This document shows positions 61,700 through 64,000 of a stretch of 64,000 nt of DNA, piece after piece. The stretch is from positions 55,800,001 through 55,864,000 of the forward strand of contig CM060733.1 of NCBI GenBank assembly GCA_030704615.1, written 5' to 3'. This DNA is from Takakia lepidozioides (lineage: Eukaryota; Plantae; Bryophyta). The position numbers and the translations under genes were made by a program. Positions within the stretch are counted from its first letter, which is position 1. Every line of letters starts with the position of its first letter. The notes beneath the pieces are model-generated. The model was given only the letters and a program-made list of their open reading frames with translations, did not search any database and had not been told where the DNA came from.

Positions 61700-62217
61700 G
61701 TGTGCCTGAAGTGGAGCCAGACAAAAGGGGGAGGAGCACTGTCTTGTAAAGGTGATCAGAATCACCCTCCATGCCAAAAAAGCTTCTTCCGCCTACCTTG
61801 CATGCATGGTAAGTTGCTCTTGCACCAGACATGAGGACATGAACAGGTTGGTGGGGGGGGGGGGATTTTAGAAGATAAAACTGGTGAAAGAAAATCAATT
61901 CGGAAGGGAGAGAACGAACCTGTGGACACAGAAAGATCGACCACCCGTGCAGAATGGTGGCTGCATGACTCCAGCAGTATCTGCATGAACGCTAGGGTTT
62001 TTTCCTTTGCACCTCTCCAGGGAGTGCCATCTGGTCTCTTGAGAGTCTGACTGGACTGCATGAAGTTGTACAAAATGTCATCGACATGCGGCTCATATGG
62101 GAGGTTGACGAAACAACCCTGGTCAGAAAATCTCAAAGCTGCGGACGGAGGATGGTGTCTTTGAGGTGCGAATCCTCCGCAGGCAGATCGCCTCGAACAT
62201 CCTCATCTGCCAAAGAC
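61700..62217 (-). pseudogene. Fragment resembling the SAM-binding half of a beta-class N4C/N6A DNA methyltransferase
   Basis: PWRGAKEKTLAFMQILLESCSHHSARVVDLSVSTG, then an intron-like gap, then ATYHACKVGGRSFFGMEGDSD. This parallels the N6_N4_Mtase C-terminal pattern HP..KP..L...LI...S..GD.VLDPF.GSGTT..AA...GR.FIG.E.D. The splice acceptor appears mutated (CAA rather than CAG); the catalytic DPPY/SPPY motif is not visible. Confidence 0.6.
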
Positions 62218-62494
62218 TGCAGGTTAGGGTGGTAAACACAAACTATAATGGAAGTTTGTACATTGGCTATTCAAAACACAGGCATACAACAATCTGTTTT
62301 GTCACTAATCTGTGATGATCGGTGTCGATCATTACAGATCCTTCTAGAGTGGAGTTGTAGATAATAGACCATCCCGACTATAGAGGAGGGAATCAGACGT
62401 CAGCACGTGTCACATCGCGATTTTGACACGTGGTTCCTCATATCAATTGACACGCGTCGCTGTTGGGGGGGGGGGGGGGTTGGGATTTAATTTA

Positions 62495-62531
<37 letters not shown>

Positions 62532-62639
62532 TTTGACCAACAGGGGACAGTGGCACATAATTAAATAACAAATTTTGAAATTATTTTCTTAGATAAAATA
62601 TTTATTCGCTCAGATACCAAAACACACCCTTGCGGGGAA

Positions 62640-63930
62640 GGAGAGTTTGCCTTAGTGCCTATGCTGAATTGAGTCTGCTACTCTCTGTAATCTAACAGGC
62701 ATTCACCTTTTTGCCTCTGTTGTCCCACCATTGACTGGGGTCAGAAAAGTTCATTCCACAGCTTCTCCTCATCTCTGTTATTTGTTTATGGATACTCTCC
62801 TATTGTCACTTTGGCAGTATCATGTTAAAGTCACTCCAAACTATCTACCATCTACCCATGACCATCTACCCATGCCCTTCGCTCAGATAAAAGTTGTTGG
62901 CTGAACGTAGAGATATAACTTTGGTCCTTCAGCTCTGCTCATATCCCGAGCCTATGCCGAACCTGGAATCTGGCTTGTAGCTATCCTTCCACAGGGAATC
63001 ATCGGTAATCTGGAGCTTAAAATCCGGCTCTCTTTTGGATGATCTGGACCCACACTCTATCCTTGCTCCTTCAACTATTCATGCCTCTGCACAGATCATG
63101 CTTATATCCTTGCATTGCTGTTAGCAGCTGACAATGACAGCCTACATTTTTTCCAACAAACACCCAACTCAACTTATCACACTAGTTCTTATTCTCAATT
63201 GCATCTGCTACTCTTTGTAATCCAACAAGCATTTACCTTTTTGCCTCGGTTGTCCCACCATTGACTGGGGTCAGAAAAATATTCATTCCACAGCTTCCCC
63301 TCATCTCCGTTAACTGTTTTTCGATATTTTCCTGTTGTGACATTGGCAATATCATGTCAAAGTCACTCCAAACTAGATTCACTCAACCAGCTAACTTGCA
63401 GACATTGAAATTTAGGGCCCGTTTTTATAAGAGGGAAAAACAGGGTGAAATGTGTTGAAGAAAGTGCCTTTATTAGCAGTGCCTGATTTTATCAATTGTG
63501 CCGCTACACCTGCGGCTTCCAGTTCACCATCTACCCATGCAGGTTTCTTATAGCTATTGATCCACATATAATCATAGGAAATCATGTGCTTGAAATCTGG
63601 CCCTCTTGGATGAATCTGGACCCATACTCTATCCCTGCTCTTTCAGCTATCACTGCTTCTGCACAAATCATGCATACTTCCTTGCCTTCCAGCTGATAAT
63701 GACAGCCTAGATTTGTTCTAGGAAACACCCAACTCAGCTTATCACACTAGTTCTTATGCTGAATTGCGTCTGCTCTCTATAATCTAACAGGCATTAACCT
63801 TTTTCCCTCGGTTGTCCCACCATTGACTGGGGTTGGAAAAGTATTCATTCCACAACTTCTCCTCGTCTCTGTGACCTGTTTCTAGATACTTTCCTGTTGT
63901 CACATTGGTAGTATCATGTCAAAGTTTAGA
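62640..63930. repeat. Tandem repeat of ~530-565 bp, about 2.3 copies
   Basis: GTTGTCCCACCATTGACTGGGG at ~62719, ~63249 and ~63811; AAACACCCAACTCA.CTTATCACACTAGTTCTTAT at ~63157 and ~63723. Confidence 0.88.
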
Positions 63931-64000
63931 TCGACATCTAGTACAATTCCAGCTTGGACGATGATACCACAAACCTCTTTGCTATTTTGCAGGGCTGCCA

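Larger units (their letters stand above)
55376..62460. mobile_element. Unclassified, probably transposon-derived multi-ORF region
   Basis: Begins with CACTAGTGGCAAAA (CACTA-like end; no matching end seen). Contains degenerate ORFs in both orientations, AGTCTG-rich and ATGGATGAATG repeats, and no recognisable host gene. Confidence 0.4.

Overview
Eukaryotic nuclear DNA from a land plant, probably a bryophyte or other non-seed plant. This rests on GT-AG spliced plant gene families and the TE repertoire; the species cannot be fixed from sequence alone. The first ~36 kb is gene-rich: a spliced IQM-type calmodulin-binding gene, a DUF3755 Myb-like gene, decayed FkbM-methyltransferase and PLS-class PPR genes, an intronless Raf-like kinase, a plastid-type dehydroascorbate reductase and an intronless RWD-domain gene. 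These are interspersed with a 2.1-kb palindromic foldback element, a SINE, MITE-like repeats and LINE debris. The last ~28 kb is transposon-dominated: piggyBac and LINE relics, then a ~11-kb minus-strand Ty3/Gypsy element. Its polyprotein carries a DNMT3-like C5 cytosine methyltransferase between protease and RT, and a PHD finger at the integrase C-terminus. Next to it is an unclassified multi-ORF region containing a fragment resembling a beta-class N4C/N6A DNA methyltransferase. The main candidate system is transposon-borne epigenetic machinery (DNMT writer plus PHD reader in one retrotransposon), although this copy is frameshifted. All family assignments come from motif recognition by eye; no searches were run.
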